Source: an uncultured virus (IMG/VR IMGVR_UViG_3300034108_002091)
Lineage: Duplodnaviria > Heunggongvirae > Uroviricota > Caudoviricetes
DNA length: 62,096 nt
IMG/VR virus record: IMGVR_UViG_3300034108_002091
Direction: 5' to 3' (one strand)
Shown one piece after another: positions 28,953 through 40,653 of the stretch. The notes below the pieces were generated by a model. That model searched no databases. It was not told where the DNA came from and saw nothing but the letters and a program-made list of their open reading frames with translations. Numbering within the stretch: position 1 is the stretch's first letter; every line of letters begins with the position of its first letter. Position numbers and translations under genes: made by a program.

Positions 28953-30932
28953 TTAAAACATATTTAGTTGTGATGAATAAAATGCATCTTTCATATCCAT
29001 GCATTCTTTGATGTAGTACCGGTAGTTGATGTCGTAATCCTCAATCTTATCCGATTCTATTTTGTTGGCCATAGTAACCAAAAACCGCTTCTGGAGACTT
29101 TGTTTTTTTTTGGTTTCCTTATATGTTTTAACCATAGGGGAACCAGTGTTTGAAACGTAATATCTACAGGTTTTCTGCAGTTCTTCTTCTTCAAGTTCAC
29201 CATCTTCATTAATAGACAACAGTGTACCTTGCTGATTTTTCTTAAACTTCATCCGTCCCATCATGATGTAAACATTCTTGTTGTTCCGGATAGTCTGTTC
29301 AATATCACGCCCGGCTACAAAGAACTCACTCAATGCATAAGGAATGATGGTAAACGATGTATTTTTGTGAAAGTCTTTTGTGATTTCAAAAGCACCTTTA
29401 TATTTCACATCCTTAAAGCTCATGCCGTCTTTTTCGTAGGTTTTACGATCGCATCCTTCTTTGATGGCAATGTAGTTGTTCACATCCCGGATGATCATTT
29501 CATCATAGTTCACAAATTCGAGATCCAGTCGGGTAAGCTGCATCCACTGAGCACAAATTTGGTTATACAATTCTTCTTTATCTCTATCCATCCGGACGGT
29601 AATACCATCGGTATTGATCTGGATGATTTCGATATCAGGAATCCGCAGTACCAATTGCTCAGCCAGCATGGTAAGCAATAGCTGTCCGTTAATGGTGATC
29701 TTCAGTGTGAACATCGGATCATAGAGCCAGGACCATTTGGAATTTGACTTACCGTATACTGAATTGGCGGCAATCTTAAGACCTTCCGCGTCGCTCTTAC
29801 GACCTTGCTTTTTAGCCAATAGCCTGGGGAAAACAATATCATCGCCGTATACGCTGACAAACACAGGGCCTAAGTGTTTAGGGTAGACATTGTTTTGTAT
29901 AGCAAGCATAGGGTACAGGGAAGCCACATCAGCATCGCGGATGATTTTCTTACCATCGCTTTTGAAAATTTTGTACTCAACGCTTCCGTGAATACCACCC
30001 AGCCCATAGCAAAACCAAATGTCTTTAAACAGCACCTGCTTTTCATACACCCCTTTGAGAGATATTTCAGTATTGCCGGTAAATGAAAGATCCTGAGCCT
30101 GCTTAGCATCGAGAGAAATAGATTTGATTTCATTGAGTAACTTTTGAAATAGCGGTGTCTGGAATTGGACGTAGTTAAACACTACATCCGCGAAGTCAAT
30201 CTTTTTCCTAAATGTCTTAGGCCCGTTAAGTACCTGCTCGATTGATTTGTTTACCTTTTTGCAATAGGCCAGTAGCATGATGGTTTCACCAATAGTAGAA
30301 TCTGGCATGTTGATCATGTCAATGCCGTACTTATTGGTCAGGTCCATCCGTAGTTTAATCTTGTCTGCCGACTTTTTAGCAAATGCACCAGTACTGTCTA
30401 CATCGTTGCCGTTGTAGTCAAGTATTTCGTAGATCTCTTCTTCGTTAAGAATCTGATCATGGCTATACGGCATGTCCTGTACATTCGGCCAGTGCATGTG
30501 GAACTGCAAACCTTTTAGCGATTGAGTTTTGGCTCTGTTGTCAAAGTGCCACATTTTGTACAGATCCATCTGAGGGACAAGGTATGGACCAGGATGATCT
30601 TTGCTTTTTTCCCCACCAATTAACTCCTGGCTTTTTTTGTACATCAGCTGTAGCATTTGACCGTTGGTCAGCTTCCATTCCAGCCAGTAGTCAAGCTGAG
30701 TGAATGCATACTCCATTAGCGGATAATCGTAGCTGAGATTTTTAAACCCTATTTGCCCGGATAATCCCTGGACGTGGGCTTTCATTTCAGGTAGCTGATT
30801 ACACCAAGGAGAAAGAAGGAACGTATTTTTTCGAGTGCCGTCCAGGGTAGCGTCCCTGTAGGAAAACATGTTTTTGAGGCACTCCAAGTCGTATGTGCGG
30901 ATTTCACTCATGTTATGATCCATGATACTCAT
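28953..30932 (-). CDS. polB: DNA polymerase family B
   Basis: Exonuclease motifs YDLE, FKNLSYD, YNGNDV; polymerase motifs DADVASLYP, KIAANSVYGK, INTDG; DVNNY, KGAF. Confidence 0.93.
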   Translation of the reverse strand: MSIMDHNMSEIRTYDLECLKNMFSYRDATLDGTRKNTFLLSPWCNQLPEMKAHVQGLSGQIGFKNLSYDYPLMEYAFTQLDYWLEWKLTNGQMLQLMYKKSQELIGGEKSKDHPGPYLVPQMDLYKMWHFDNRAKTQSLKGLQFHMHWPNVQDMPYSHDQILNEEEIYEILDYNGNDVDSTGAFAKKSADKIKLRMDLTNKYGIDMINMPDSTIGETIMLLAYCKKVNKSIEQVLNGPKTFRKKIDFADVVFNYVQFQTPLFQKLLNEIKSISLDAKQAQDLSFTGNTEISLKGVYEKQVLFKDIWFCYGLGGIHGSVEYKIFKSDGKKIIRDADVASLYPMLAIQNNVYPKHLGPVFVSVYGDDIVFPRLLAKKQGRKSDAEGLKIAANSVYGKSNSKWSWLYDPMFTLKITINGQLLLTMLAEQLVLRIPDIEIIQINTDGITVRMDRDKEELYNQICAQWMQLTRLDLEFVNYDEMIIRDVNNYIAIKEGCDRKTYEKDGMSFKDVKYKGAFEITKDFHKNTSFTIIPYALSEFFVAGRDIEQTIRNNKNVYIMMGRMKFKKNQQGTLLSINEDGELEEEELQKTCRYYVSNTGSPMVKTYKETKKKQSLQKRFLVTMANKIESDKIEDYDINYRYYIKECMDMKDAFYSSQLNMF

Positions 30933-30981
30933 GGGGCGTCAAATTTAATGATTATTACTTATTTCACTAATCTTTGAAAAT

Positions 30982-31011
30982 AAAAAAAACCGGAATTACT
31001 TCCGGCTTTTT
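30982..31011. terminator. Bidirectional terminator-like hairpin
   Basis: AAAAAAAACCGGAA-TTAC-TTCCGGCTTTTT. Confidence 0.75.
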
Positions 31012-31032
31012 CAGTTCTCTTGACAGCGAATG

Positions 31033-33724
31033 TTATTCGCCTTCTACAGTAGGCTCTTCTGTAGGTGTAGGCTCTTCCGGTGTGGGTTCCGGTAAAGGAT
31101 CTGCAGGTACTGCAGGGGCACCAACTGATTTGAGGTTGTCAGAAGCCGTTTTCAGGCTTGTTGCGGATGCTGTCAGCTTAGCCAGCACTTCGCTTTCCAA
31201 TTCCGAGGAAAGGCCGGCACCAGAAAGCTGTGTTTTCAGCGCTTCCAGTTCATCAGCTACGCGGGCTGTGTTCTCGGCAATCTCATTGGTTGCCGCATCG
31301 ATCTGTGAAATTTGCTCTTGAAACTGCTCCAGAGTGTTCATAACTAAACGTAATTTTAGGTTAAAGTCATGCTTAATGGCTTCCATCTTATCTGTTGTTT
31401 CCAGCTGTGCAAGGACAACCCATAACAGGGTGTACATTATCACTGGCACAAAAACAAACAGTAACATGATTTCAGGCTTAAACATATGGTAAATTGAGTA
31501 TGTAAATTACTCATATTTATTATATTCCACCAAAAAATTATTTAATTAGGTCAATGGCCAGTTCTTTCAGGGCAGCAAGTACATCATCTTTGGAATAGGC
31601 TACGATCACATCTTCACCAGTAAGAAAGGTTTTCGCCTGTTTGCTTTTGAGGTATTTTTCAAGGTTGAGTTCAGATACTATTTCCTCCAATGACATGGTA
31701 CCTACTGTATCTGAACCCATTTGTTGTACCCCATTTTTGGTAATCTCTCCCTTATCAATAGCTTCTCTGATCATATCTGCAATATTTTCTTCCTGTGCGA
31801 TAAAACCTAATGCTACAATGTCTTTCCAAGTGCTTAAATCACGAATATCAAACTCCAAGCTTCTTTCATCATCATCATCTTGAAGAGGATCAAGAGAATA
31901 ATGATAAAGAAGCGGTTCATTGTATTCCATTTCGCCATATGAATGAAATACCTGAATCCCATTATGTTCTAAAAACAAGTCAGGTCGAACGTAAATTTCT
32001 TTGTAAGGCATTTTTACAATTTAAGAATAAATACAAACCAAAGTGATAAAAGTGTCAATATTGTAAAAAATTCAACAGCTGTTAGATTTCCTTTATATCC
32101 TTTCACGTTAATGGTTTTATTTGATTTTCTTTGACCCACCACCATCTTTTATCTGTAGATAAATTTGTAATATTTACTACATGATATTGATATAAGTCTT
32201 TATTGACTATTTTAACTTTAGTCCCAACAGGATAATCGTGAAATGTAGTATCTACGATTTCTACAATTTGGTTTAAAGCATAATCTGTTTCTCTCTTTTT
32301 CATAAGTAACATTCAAATGTAGACCAGGCCCATAACCGCAGGGACTCAATGAATCGCTTCCATCCCAGGATAGATAGTGATTTTGTAGACAGGTCTTGGC
32401 TTTCAGATAGGCGGTATTCAGGTTCTTCCAATACAGGAGCCAGAACAGACTGATAAATCAGCACATCCATATCCTTGCGACCATATCCCTGTTCCCGGCA
32501 AAGCAGGTCCCGTTTAGCACCGTATTCTTTCTGGTACTCCCGGATTGTTTTGTTGGGATTGATCCATTCAACGATTATCAGGCAGTCACCATCAGGAAGG
32601 GTAGAAATGCGATCGGCAAATTGCTCATGAGGGATGGCAAGCTTACCACCGTTAAGCCTGGCGCTCTGAAATATTTTCATTCTTGGTTGATTTGTATTCC
32701 ACCTTTGTATTTAGAAAACAGGTTTATTACCCAATTATCTGAATGATACCCTATTTTGCGATTAAAATGGGTTGAGTATAAAACTGTACCATGAAAATAT
32801 TCATCTTTTGATGATGCGCTTTTTGTTGCTACTACAACACTTCTACCGTCGCCATCTTTTACTTCATAAAGATTTCCTTCTTTGATTTCAACGGGTTCTA
32901 ATAACAAATCTGAAGTGGCCATTACTTTTTGTTTAAACGTGAATAAGCCCGGCCTGCATCAATAGCTTCGCGGGTATGTTCTGTGTCATGAACGTGACAG
33001 TTGTGACAGGTAGCTTTCCATTTAGTCACGTCAAGTAACCGCTTATTTTCCCTACCTGCACCATGTTGAACCTCTGTAGCTTTTATCGTACATTTTGGGC
33101 TGCTTTGAAGTTCACACAACGGCCTTTGTTTAAGAAAAATCTCACGGAGCTTGTCATACTCCATGAGTTCTACTTGTCGTTTTGCGGCAACTTTTTTGAT
33201 GGGCTTAGGCTCCTTTTTCTGCTTAGGTTGAGACTTAAGCCTGCGAATTTCTTCTATCCCCATGCTTTACAATTTTGAAGTGTTTATTCCAAGTGCCAAT
33301 GATATGATCCTCGTTTTGGTCATTGGTGACATGAGCACTCATTAAGTAATCGACATGAGTAATATCTCTGTTTGTATAATACTCTTTGCCTTTGGTAAAC
33401 GCTTGCTGGCCGTCAGCATGAACAAGATTCTTTTTAGCTACAATGAATGTTCCCATTAACTTTTGATTTTAGGCTTTTGTAATGAGCTGCTGCAGCCCGT
33501 ATCAAATATTGATATCCCCCAAATCCAACGATCACAGGAAGCATATCAACCATCATTGTTCCTGTACAGGTTCTTACTTCCATTTCACAACCGCAAATGA
33601 TAAAATGATTGTTACTACTGTTATACAGCACATTTAATTTTATATTTTCCATGCTGCCTTCCCAGTATTCACTAAGGGAATCTTTATGTTCCTTGAATGA
33701 AAAAGTAAATTTGTGAGTTTTCAT
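31033..33724 (-). other. Cluster of small CDS (31033-31485, 31538-32011, 32103-32312, 32300-32680, 32677-32922, 33235-33456, 33434-33724)
   Basis: Packed ORFs. 31033-31485 has a TM segment, coiled coil and Pro/Glu tail; 32300-32680 is NinB-like (STKSLS..FIESL). Confidence 0.6.
32922..33263 (-). CDS. Small HNH-type Zn-binding nuclease
   Basis: LCE..KC..ATEVQH..GR..CHNCH. Confidence 0.65.
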   Translation of the reverse strand: MGIEEIRRLKSQPKQKKEPKPIKKVAAKRQVELMEYDKLREIFLKQRPLCELQSSPKCTIKATEVQHGAGRENKRLLDVTKWKATCHNCHVHDTEHTREAIDAGRAYSRLNKK

Positions 33725-33726
33725 AA

Positions 33727-35124
33727 TTAAAGAGCTTCAACTAATGATTCAAACTCTTTCAGCAACAACTGGAGTTTATTGTTAAACTCAGTGAGAATAT
33801 AAACTGCCTCGTCTGTTTTTACAGTGGGTGACGGGATATAATGCTGTTGGAGATAAATGCTTAGCTTTTGCTTGTCTGGAGCATTGGCTGCTTTGCGTTC
33901 AGCGGCTTTCCTAGCCTTTTCCTCAGCCTCAGCTTTTTCCTTATTCTCACGTTCAATACGTTCCTGTTCTTCTTTCCTGGCTTTGGCTGCGGCTTCATCA
34001 CGGGCTTGCTGAATTTCTGCTTCACGCTTTGCAGTCGCTTCAGCTCTTCTTTTTTCAATTTCTGCCTGGATATCTGTGGTATGAGTTGTGAACTCTCTAT
34101 CCGTCCAACAAACAACATCAGTCCAATAAACATTGATATCATTCAGTAAAAAGCTTTGACCATCCCAAATTAAACCCATTGCAGAAAGTACACCCCAACG
34201 ACGTTTGATTTCAGCTTCGGCTCGTGCTTTTTCGGCAGCCTGTTTTTCAGCTTCTTCCTGTCTTGCTTTCTTTGCGGATTCACGATCAGCAATGATTTTG
34301 GAAATGCGGGTTTCCATTTCTTTGCTTATTTGCAGAAATTGTTCCAGATCAGATTGCTCTACTTCTGTTCTAGGAAGAACGATATCTTCAAAAACGTAAA
34401 CATCAGTGACACGATTCACTTTCATTCCCATTGCTACCAGTACTCCCTGCCGTCTTTGGAATTCAAGCCTTTTCTGTTCTTCCAATGCTTCACGCTGCTG
34501 ATCAATGATGCGCTGCTGCTCAGCCTGTTTTTCCCGCAATTCTTCCAGCTCTTTACGCTCGGCCTCGATACGTTCCCGTTCGATTTGTGCCAGTCGTTCT
34601 TCTTCCGCTTTCTTTTCTTGGGCAATGCGGTGTTCTTCCTTAGCATTTTCCAACAGTTCAGCAAAGCCTTCCTCGGTGATATATTTCAGTACAGCGTAAT
34701 CAACAGATACATTGTACTGAACCAAAGCCTGGATCATTGACTGGATCCGTTGAGTTTCTTTCAGTTCCTCTTCTCTGCGAAGTCTTTCTTTCTCGGCTTC
34801 GATTTTGTCCTCTTCCTCCTGAAGATAGTCTTCAATAGCCTTGAGTTCAGCTACTACCCTTTTTTCCTCAGCGTTTACTTTACGCTGCCAGGCCAGCGCA
34901 TCTTGCTTGAGAGAATCCGCATATTTTGTTAGTGAGACACGAGTATTTTTTACATCCTGCCTTGCTTTGTACACCGCTTTGAGACCTTCTTTATCATCAA
35001 CTCCTTTGATGGTTAAACCAAGATATCGCTCTTTGAAGTCGGCAATAGCCTCATCCGTTGCAGTAAGCTTCATCAGCTTGTTTTCCATTGTCTCCACATT
35101 GGGAGCAATCATTTCAGTATTCAT
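33727..35124 (-). CDS. Long coiled-coil protein with internal repeats
   Basis: E/K/R/A-rich heptads with repeated RR.GVL.AMG modules. Confidence 0.75.
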   Translation of the reverse strand: MNTEMIAPNVETMENKLMKLTATDEAIADFKERYLGLTIKGVDDKEGLKAVYKARQDVKNTRVSLTKYADSLKQDALAWQRKVNAEEKRVVAELKAIEDYLQEEEDKIEAEKERLRREEELKETQRIQSMIQALVQYNVSVDYAVLKYITEEGFAELLENAKEEHRIAQEKKAEEERLAQIERERIEAERKELEELREKQAEQQRIIDQQREALEEQKRLEFQRRQGVLVAMGMKVNRVTDVYVFEDIVLPRTEVEQSDLEQFLQISKEMETRISKIIADRESAKKARQEEAEKQAAEKARAEAEIKRRWGVLSAMGLIWDGQSFLLNDINVYWTDVVCWTDREFTTHTTDIQAEIEKRRAEATAKREAEIQQARDEAAAKARKEEQERIERENKEKAEAEEKARKAAERKAANAPDKQKLSIYLQQHYIPSPTVKTDEAVYILTEFNNKLQLLLKEFESLVEAL

Positions 35125-35153
35125 AATGATGTATACGATTTTATCAGTATCAA

Positions 35154-35872
35154 TTAAGATATCTCGTGAAAGATTTGTTTGAATGTGAGGCTGTACTTCT
35201 TAGGATCCAGCGAATCTGTCAAATATTCCCTGATCAACTTGTACTCAGGATTGTAATGCCGGTCCTTATCGGAAACGATGACCGTCAGCTTGACGATGCT
35301 TTTATCATCAAATACGAGCGTTACTTGGCCGCTGGGGATGAATTTATACTGTTTGTACGTTCCCCAGTATAGGTTGCTTATATCACGCTGCAGATCATCC
35401 CACTTATAGTACTCCTTAGGCAAAGGCGTTTTAGTTGGATCCCAGTGTACAGTGATTTTGTTGAGATTCTTTTTCATCAGAAAGGCGCTTGTTCGTGATT
35501 GATAATGAAGTCATACGGAACATAGAACTCATCCAGAAAGCTATTTTCGTTTTTGACGATAATCTCTTTACCTGGTAGACTCTTCGGTTCAACGAGGAAT
35601 ACACCATCGCGTGTTTCAATTTCAATAGCTCGAAGCGTTTTGCTTTCAAAAACTATCTTCTTGTTGATGCCGATGTACTTACGATCAGAGATCATAAGAA
35701 TATGGCGAGTGTCCCGCCATATCTTATAAATCTGTGTAGTAGTATCAAGTTGTCCGAGGTTGATTTCTCCGTTGGCCTGTTTCTTGACTGAAAACTCCTG
35801 AAGAATACCGTTCTGTCTTACGATGAACAGTTCAGACTGAGAGTTCTGCTGTTGAAAGATTACTTCGCTCAT
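35154..35872 (-). other. Two hypothetical CDS (35154-35477, 35477-35872)
   Basis: Coupled ORFs. Confidence 0.6.
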
Positions 35873-37298
35873 GCTCTACTGTTTTTTGACTCAGGGAATA
35901 GGCCATATGGGTAGGTCTTGACAGCGCCACATACTTGAGCTTGTTGGCTACAATACGGGTTTGACAGGTGTCAATATCATCCTCGAAAACAAATACATTC
36001 CTGTATGTGCTTCCCTGGCTTTTGTGTGTGGTCAGCGCGTAGGCATAGTCAAAGTCTTTCTTCAGGATTAGTTTATTTTCGGTATCCCTAAGCTCTTCAA
36101 TCAGCATAAACTGATTTTTGAACTTGTAATAGGAACTCCACTGTTTAAAACGGATTGCGTTTTCTTTCAGCGGATGCCAGCATTGTAAGAAAGTGTTGTA
36201 ATTCTTCACACCAGGTACAACAATATTGATCGGAACTTTGATCCCGAACATATCATCTACATCCTCCATTGTTGTCTCATAGACTTCAATGTTGGATCCT
36301 GCCCAGTTGATTGATTTTTTGTTGACACTGTTGATCTTGTATTCAGCGGAATTGGTAATCAAATTCCGTCCTAAATTCTGGTCATATAAATGGGTGTAAC
36401 TCATCAACACTTCACCTTTTACAATAGCTTCAGGCGTATTGTTATATATGGTCTGCCGGATATAACTATTCCAGGCTTTGACGGCCGTATTTTTAAAGGC
36501 CAAAAGCTTGGCAAAATTGGGATTATCCAGAAATTCCTGACTACCGAACGCCTCCATTACTTTTTTGAAGAATTCCTCGCCATGCTTGAAGAATACAACA
36601 CCTTGATCTTCACCGGCATCGTTTTGAATAACTTGGGTAACATGATCAAACACATCATCCTCGGCATCAATACGGCTGCGGATCGCATCGAATACACCCA
36701 TCAATGGATTGGATCCCTGCTGGCGTTCAACCTTTGTCAGCTGCACCAGATTGATTTCCGGATGGGTAAATACCTCGGACACCATTTCATTTACGGGCGG
36801 TAATTGGTACACATCGCCCATGAATAGTACTTTGGTGCTGCTTTCCTTAGCCAGCCGGATAATAAGGCTGAGAATGCCTGTAGGCTCCCATTCCTCTCTT
36901 TCCTTGTTGTACACCAGGTTATTTAGCATTGAGGCTTCATCAATGAGTACAGCGTTGTAATCTTTGATCTTAGGCTCAGCCTGCTGGGTGAAATTCTTTT
37001 CATTGACATCTTCCAGGTTTGTATCTGGACGTAGCCCACAAAGGGACTGGATGGTAACAGAGCGTAAGCCGGTAGATTTTGCGACCACCTTACAGGCTTT
37101 GTGCGTAGGTGCGCTGATACAAACAGGCTTTCTGAACTTTTCAATCGCCTTTTTGCATATGGTGGTTTTACCGGAACCGGCCGGTCCGGAAAGGGTAAAG
37201 AACAATTCCGGACCACGGTACCAGTTGTCGATTGCTTGCAAAGCCTTTATCTGATCCTCATTGAGGGTGATGGTTCTACCGTTTGAGTTTAACTGCAT
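35832..37298 (-). CDS. Dda/RecD-like SF1B helicase
   Basis: GPAGSGKT, APTHKA, IDEASM, GDVYQLPPV, YALTTHKSQGST, YVALSR; likely start MQLNSN. Confidence 0.92.
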   Translation of the reverse strand: MQLNSNGRTITLNEDQIKALQAIDNWYRGPELFFTLSGPAGSGKTTICKKAIEKFRKPVCISAPTHKACKVVAKSTGLRSVTIQSLCGLRPDTNLEDVNEKNFTQQAEPKIKDYNAVLIDEASMLNNLVYNKEREEWEPTGILSLIIRLAKESSTKVLFMGDVYQLPPVNEMVSEVFTHPEINLVQLTKVERQQGSNPLMGVFDAIRSRIDAEDDVFDHVTQVIQNDAGEDQGVVFFKHGEEFFKKVMEAFGSQEFLDNPNFAKLLAFKNTAVKAWNSYIRQTIYNNTPEAIVKGEVLMSYTHLYDQNLGRNLITNSAEYKINSVNKKSINWAGSNIEVYETTMEDVDDMFGIKVPINIVVPGVKNYNTFLQCWHPLKENAIRFKQWSSYYKFKNQFMLIEELRDTENKLILKKDFDYAYALTTHKSQGSTYRNVFVFEDDIDTCQTRIVANKLKYVALSRPTHMAYSLSQKTVEHERSNLSTAELSV

Positions 37299-40200
37299 TT
37301 TGTACGGGTTTAAAGTTGTGAATGTGTTTTGTCTGCTCGTTGATATCGAAGATGCTGTCAACGAATCTTTTGACGTGGGGAGCCAGATTGCTCATAGGGC
37401 GAATCTTCTGGACAGACTGTTTAATTTCTGTCCGGCGCTTCATAACAAATTCCTTATACGCTTTGTCATGGTAACCTTTACCAGGATAAACGATAGGCTT
37501 TTTTTGAACGGAAGGCTCATAGCAGTTTTCGCCATAAGCAAATTCAAGACCTGATTCATGCATGGACACGATGTGTACTCCACCGATGCGGCGGACTGAG
37601 CATACTGGTTTCATATGTTTCTGAATTTAGATGTGGGAAAAAGAAGGCTCCCTTTGAATAGCTACAACGCTGGGAGCCTTTTTCGTTTTTAGTCGGTCCG
37701 CTGTAGACACAGACAGACCCACAAGTACTTACCCGTTAAGTATTACTTGATCTACTAAGGTTTGAAGTTTTGAGCTTCAATAATTTCAGTTAGGTTCATG
37801 GGTTCTTGCAGAAATTCAAAAGCTTCAAGGGTGATGCCTATTTCGGTTGTACCGAAGTGGCCAACCTTACCTTCCTGTAGATAGACCATAAAGATGTTAT
37901 CTCCACAGTATTCAATTTGGCGAACGGTGTAGATCTCTCCTTTGGTTGGAAACCACTCGATATAGTTATCGAGCATACTTCCGTAGCAATCATCGCTGAG
38001 GCATCTTATAAGCGTGTCAGGCTTAAAAATATCCAACAGTTTGGCTGCTGCCATTGGGATTGGCCGGGAATGATTCGGCAATGACGATTTCTGCTTGTGG
38101 GACTGAGACAATGGCTCCAGAGGTGAATGCTGGATCTGGTGATGAAACAATTTTGATTTTTGCGAGCTGTGTTTCGTTACCAAGAAACAAGCCTTTAATC
38201 TCTCTACCAGAAGAAAAAAAAGACACAGGCTCATTACGTCGGATAGCATACATACTTTATTTGATTTGGTGATGTTACTAATGTTTTAATCAAAAAGCTA
38301 GTTGTTCTGCGCAGTGTGGCTGGAATGACCACCTCCAAAATGATCAAATTTGATCCTGGTTTTGAGAAAGTTTTCAAGACTAACCATTTGTTTGGAAACA
38401 ATGCCTGATGATTCACCAAGATGATGGATCATATTAAGCGTGTCGGCAATGGTTTTGTCTCGCTTTTCTCTGTCACCACCGAAATCTTCAAGTTTTGCTT
38501 TAAATCGAACTTGATTATCTTCCCATTCTAAGCATGACCATGATGGGCGAAAGTGTACTGCGTATTCTGAAAAGCCTGGTTCTTGAATAACTACTGCACC
38601 AGCAATGTCATTTTCAACCAAGATTTCTTTGATTTCTTCCATTATTTTCTTTAGGCGTGGAGAGTATTGCATTAGTTAAGTTTTAAGCCATTATGTTTAA
38701 TTTCCCAAAGCCAAAATTTTGCATTGTTTTTGGCTATTCTTTTCTGAGACCATCCTTTCTTATACCAGATAAGTTTATATGGGTTCATGGGTAAAAATTT
38801 AGTCCTAGTTTCTTTTTGAATTTTTCAATATGGCTTAATGCATCAGCAAGCATCATTTCCATATGAGACTCATGCTTGACAATTATTTGGCGTAATTCTT
38901 CTTTAGTTGTGCAAGAATCAATTTCAGAAACATCCAATAAATCACCACCATAGAAATCTCGAAAGGCTTTCATTTCAGCTTTTATTTCTTCCAAGTGCAT
39001 GATTGTTAGTTTAATAAACGCCTGGCCTATTGGGATCAAATTCTCCAGCATCTGGAATTTTCCTCATATTTGGATCTTCCATGTTTATCCCTATCTTTCC
39101 CATATCTTGAAAGTACATTGCAGCGTCATACCACTTTTTGCAGGTTGCCGTTATCTCCTCCACCTCTTTCTTCAATGCCTGCATCTTCACATCTTGAATG
39201 TTGTAGGCTTCGAGGAAGGCTTTCGACTGAATTTTGTTTATAATATTGTTCTGGAATACTTCAAGCTGCTTGCCATGTTCTTTCCACCATTCAGGGTTCT
39301 TTTCATCCATTTCAGGTATATCATTCCAAGGATACATCTCCCTCGCCAATTCCTCACCTTCATTGCTAAATAGTTCCTCAAGGGCTGAGACAGGGATGGC
39401 TTCGACTAACTGTAAATTGCACTCTCTAGCAAATGCTTCTGAGCAAGAGTATAGTTTTATCTTGTTTGCGTTAATCCAGTTGTTCATTGTTCGTAGTTAT
39501 GGGTGAAGTAAATTTTGCCGTTTATTACATCTGGTTTGTGAGAGGCCGCATCCCAATTACCCTGATCGTAAGCATCCTCTATCTGCTGGCGTTCTTGTGG
39601 TAGTTTTTCTTTTAGCATTTTTATAGCTTCACGCCATATTTTTGTCTCCATGCCTTGCCAATCAGGGTCATTAAACTCCTTTTCAAATTCTTCTACCAAT
39701 TCGGTTAATGCTGTCTTCATGCTTCCAATTTTTGTATGATTTCACTTATATTTATCGCGGCGGCGGTGTATTCTTTGTTAAGGATGAGGTTTGTCACTTC
39801 TTCATTGAACTTAACTTCCTCGCCATACATCCCTTCCATTTTTTCTAATTGCTTCAATACCTTCAACCGCATTTCAATCAACACGCCAGGGGATGTGAGG
39901 TGTTTAGCCATTTGTTTTACATCCCTGCTACCCATTCTTTCTGGATGTTTACTTTTTTGATGCTTATATCTCTCCCCATATTTTTCTGAGGTGTACTTTT
40001 CCCACCCGTCAAACCGGGCAAGTACTTCTATCTGTTGTTGTGTCATATCTCTGTTTTTGGAGGTGGAAAGTTGTTGTCAAGTGGTTTGCGGAAGTACTCC
40101 GTATTTAATTGAAGGCTTTTAACTCTCAAGAAATAATCAAGCATACAATTATCGAGAACACCTCCAATAAGTATTACTTCTATTTCACCTGCGTCATTCG

Positions 40201-40369
40201 CATCCGCTTCAGTCGGCAGCCTGTCTTTCACGCTCACCCACTCGTATTGAGATGCTTGCCAGTTTAGGCCGTCAATGAAACCTTCCTGCTTTAACACTTG
40301 TTGCGCCCAATGAATTGTTCCGGTTGCTGCGTACGGATACAACTCTGCTGCTTTTTCTTCTGCTGTCAT
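37276..40369 (-). other. Array of small hypothetical CDS (37276-37614, 37755-38054, 38023-38253, 38298-38672, 38785-39000, 39011-39487, 39484-39720, 39717-40046, 40043-40369)
   Basis: Packed ORFs typical of phage accessory regions; the last has the DUF551-like motif WVSVKDRLP. Confidence 0.6.
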
Positions 40370-40487
40370 GGTTTGCTTATAGTTTTTAAAATGCCTGTCT
40401 TTCCAGGCTGCCATAAAATGTTGGGCTTGTGGGTAGCTCTTGCAACTTAGGACGGCGTGAGAACCAAAACCGTCTACCGCATTTTAG

Positions 40488-40595
40488 TGAACTGAGCAGG
40501 GCTCGAACCTGCATGGAGTTATTCTGTTCTTTTGGAACACCTGTTATTACCTCCGACCCCTTAAAGGCTGCGTCTTCCAATTCCGCCATCCCAGC
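40488..40595 (-). pseudogene. Degenerate tRNA-Leu-like element
   Basis: GCTGGGATGGCGGAATTGGAAGACGC (Leu-type D arm) and GCAGGTTCGAGCCCTGC (T arm) are intact. Acceptor and anticodon stems pair poorly; the variable arm is ~40 nt. Confidence 0.6.
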
Positions 40596-40653
40596 GAGAA
40601 AGTGAAAAAAGCCCCGAGTATAAACAAGGGGCGACAACCAACTAACTGCTGTC

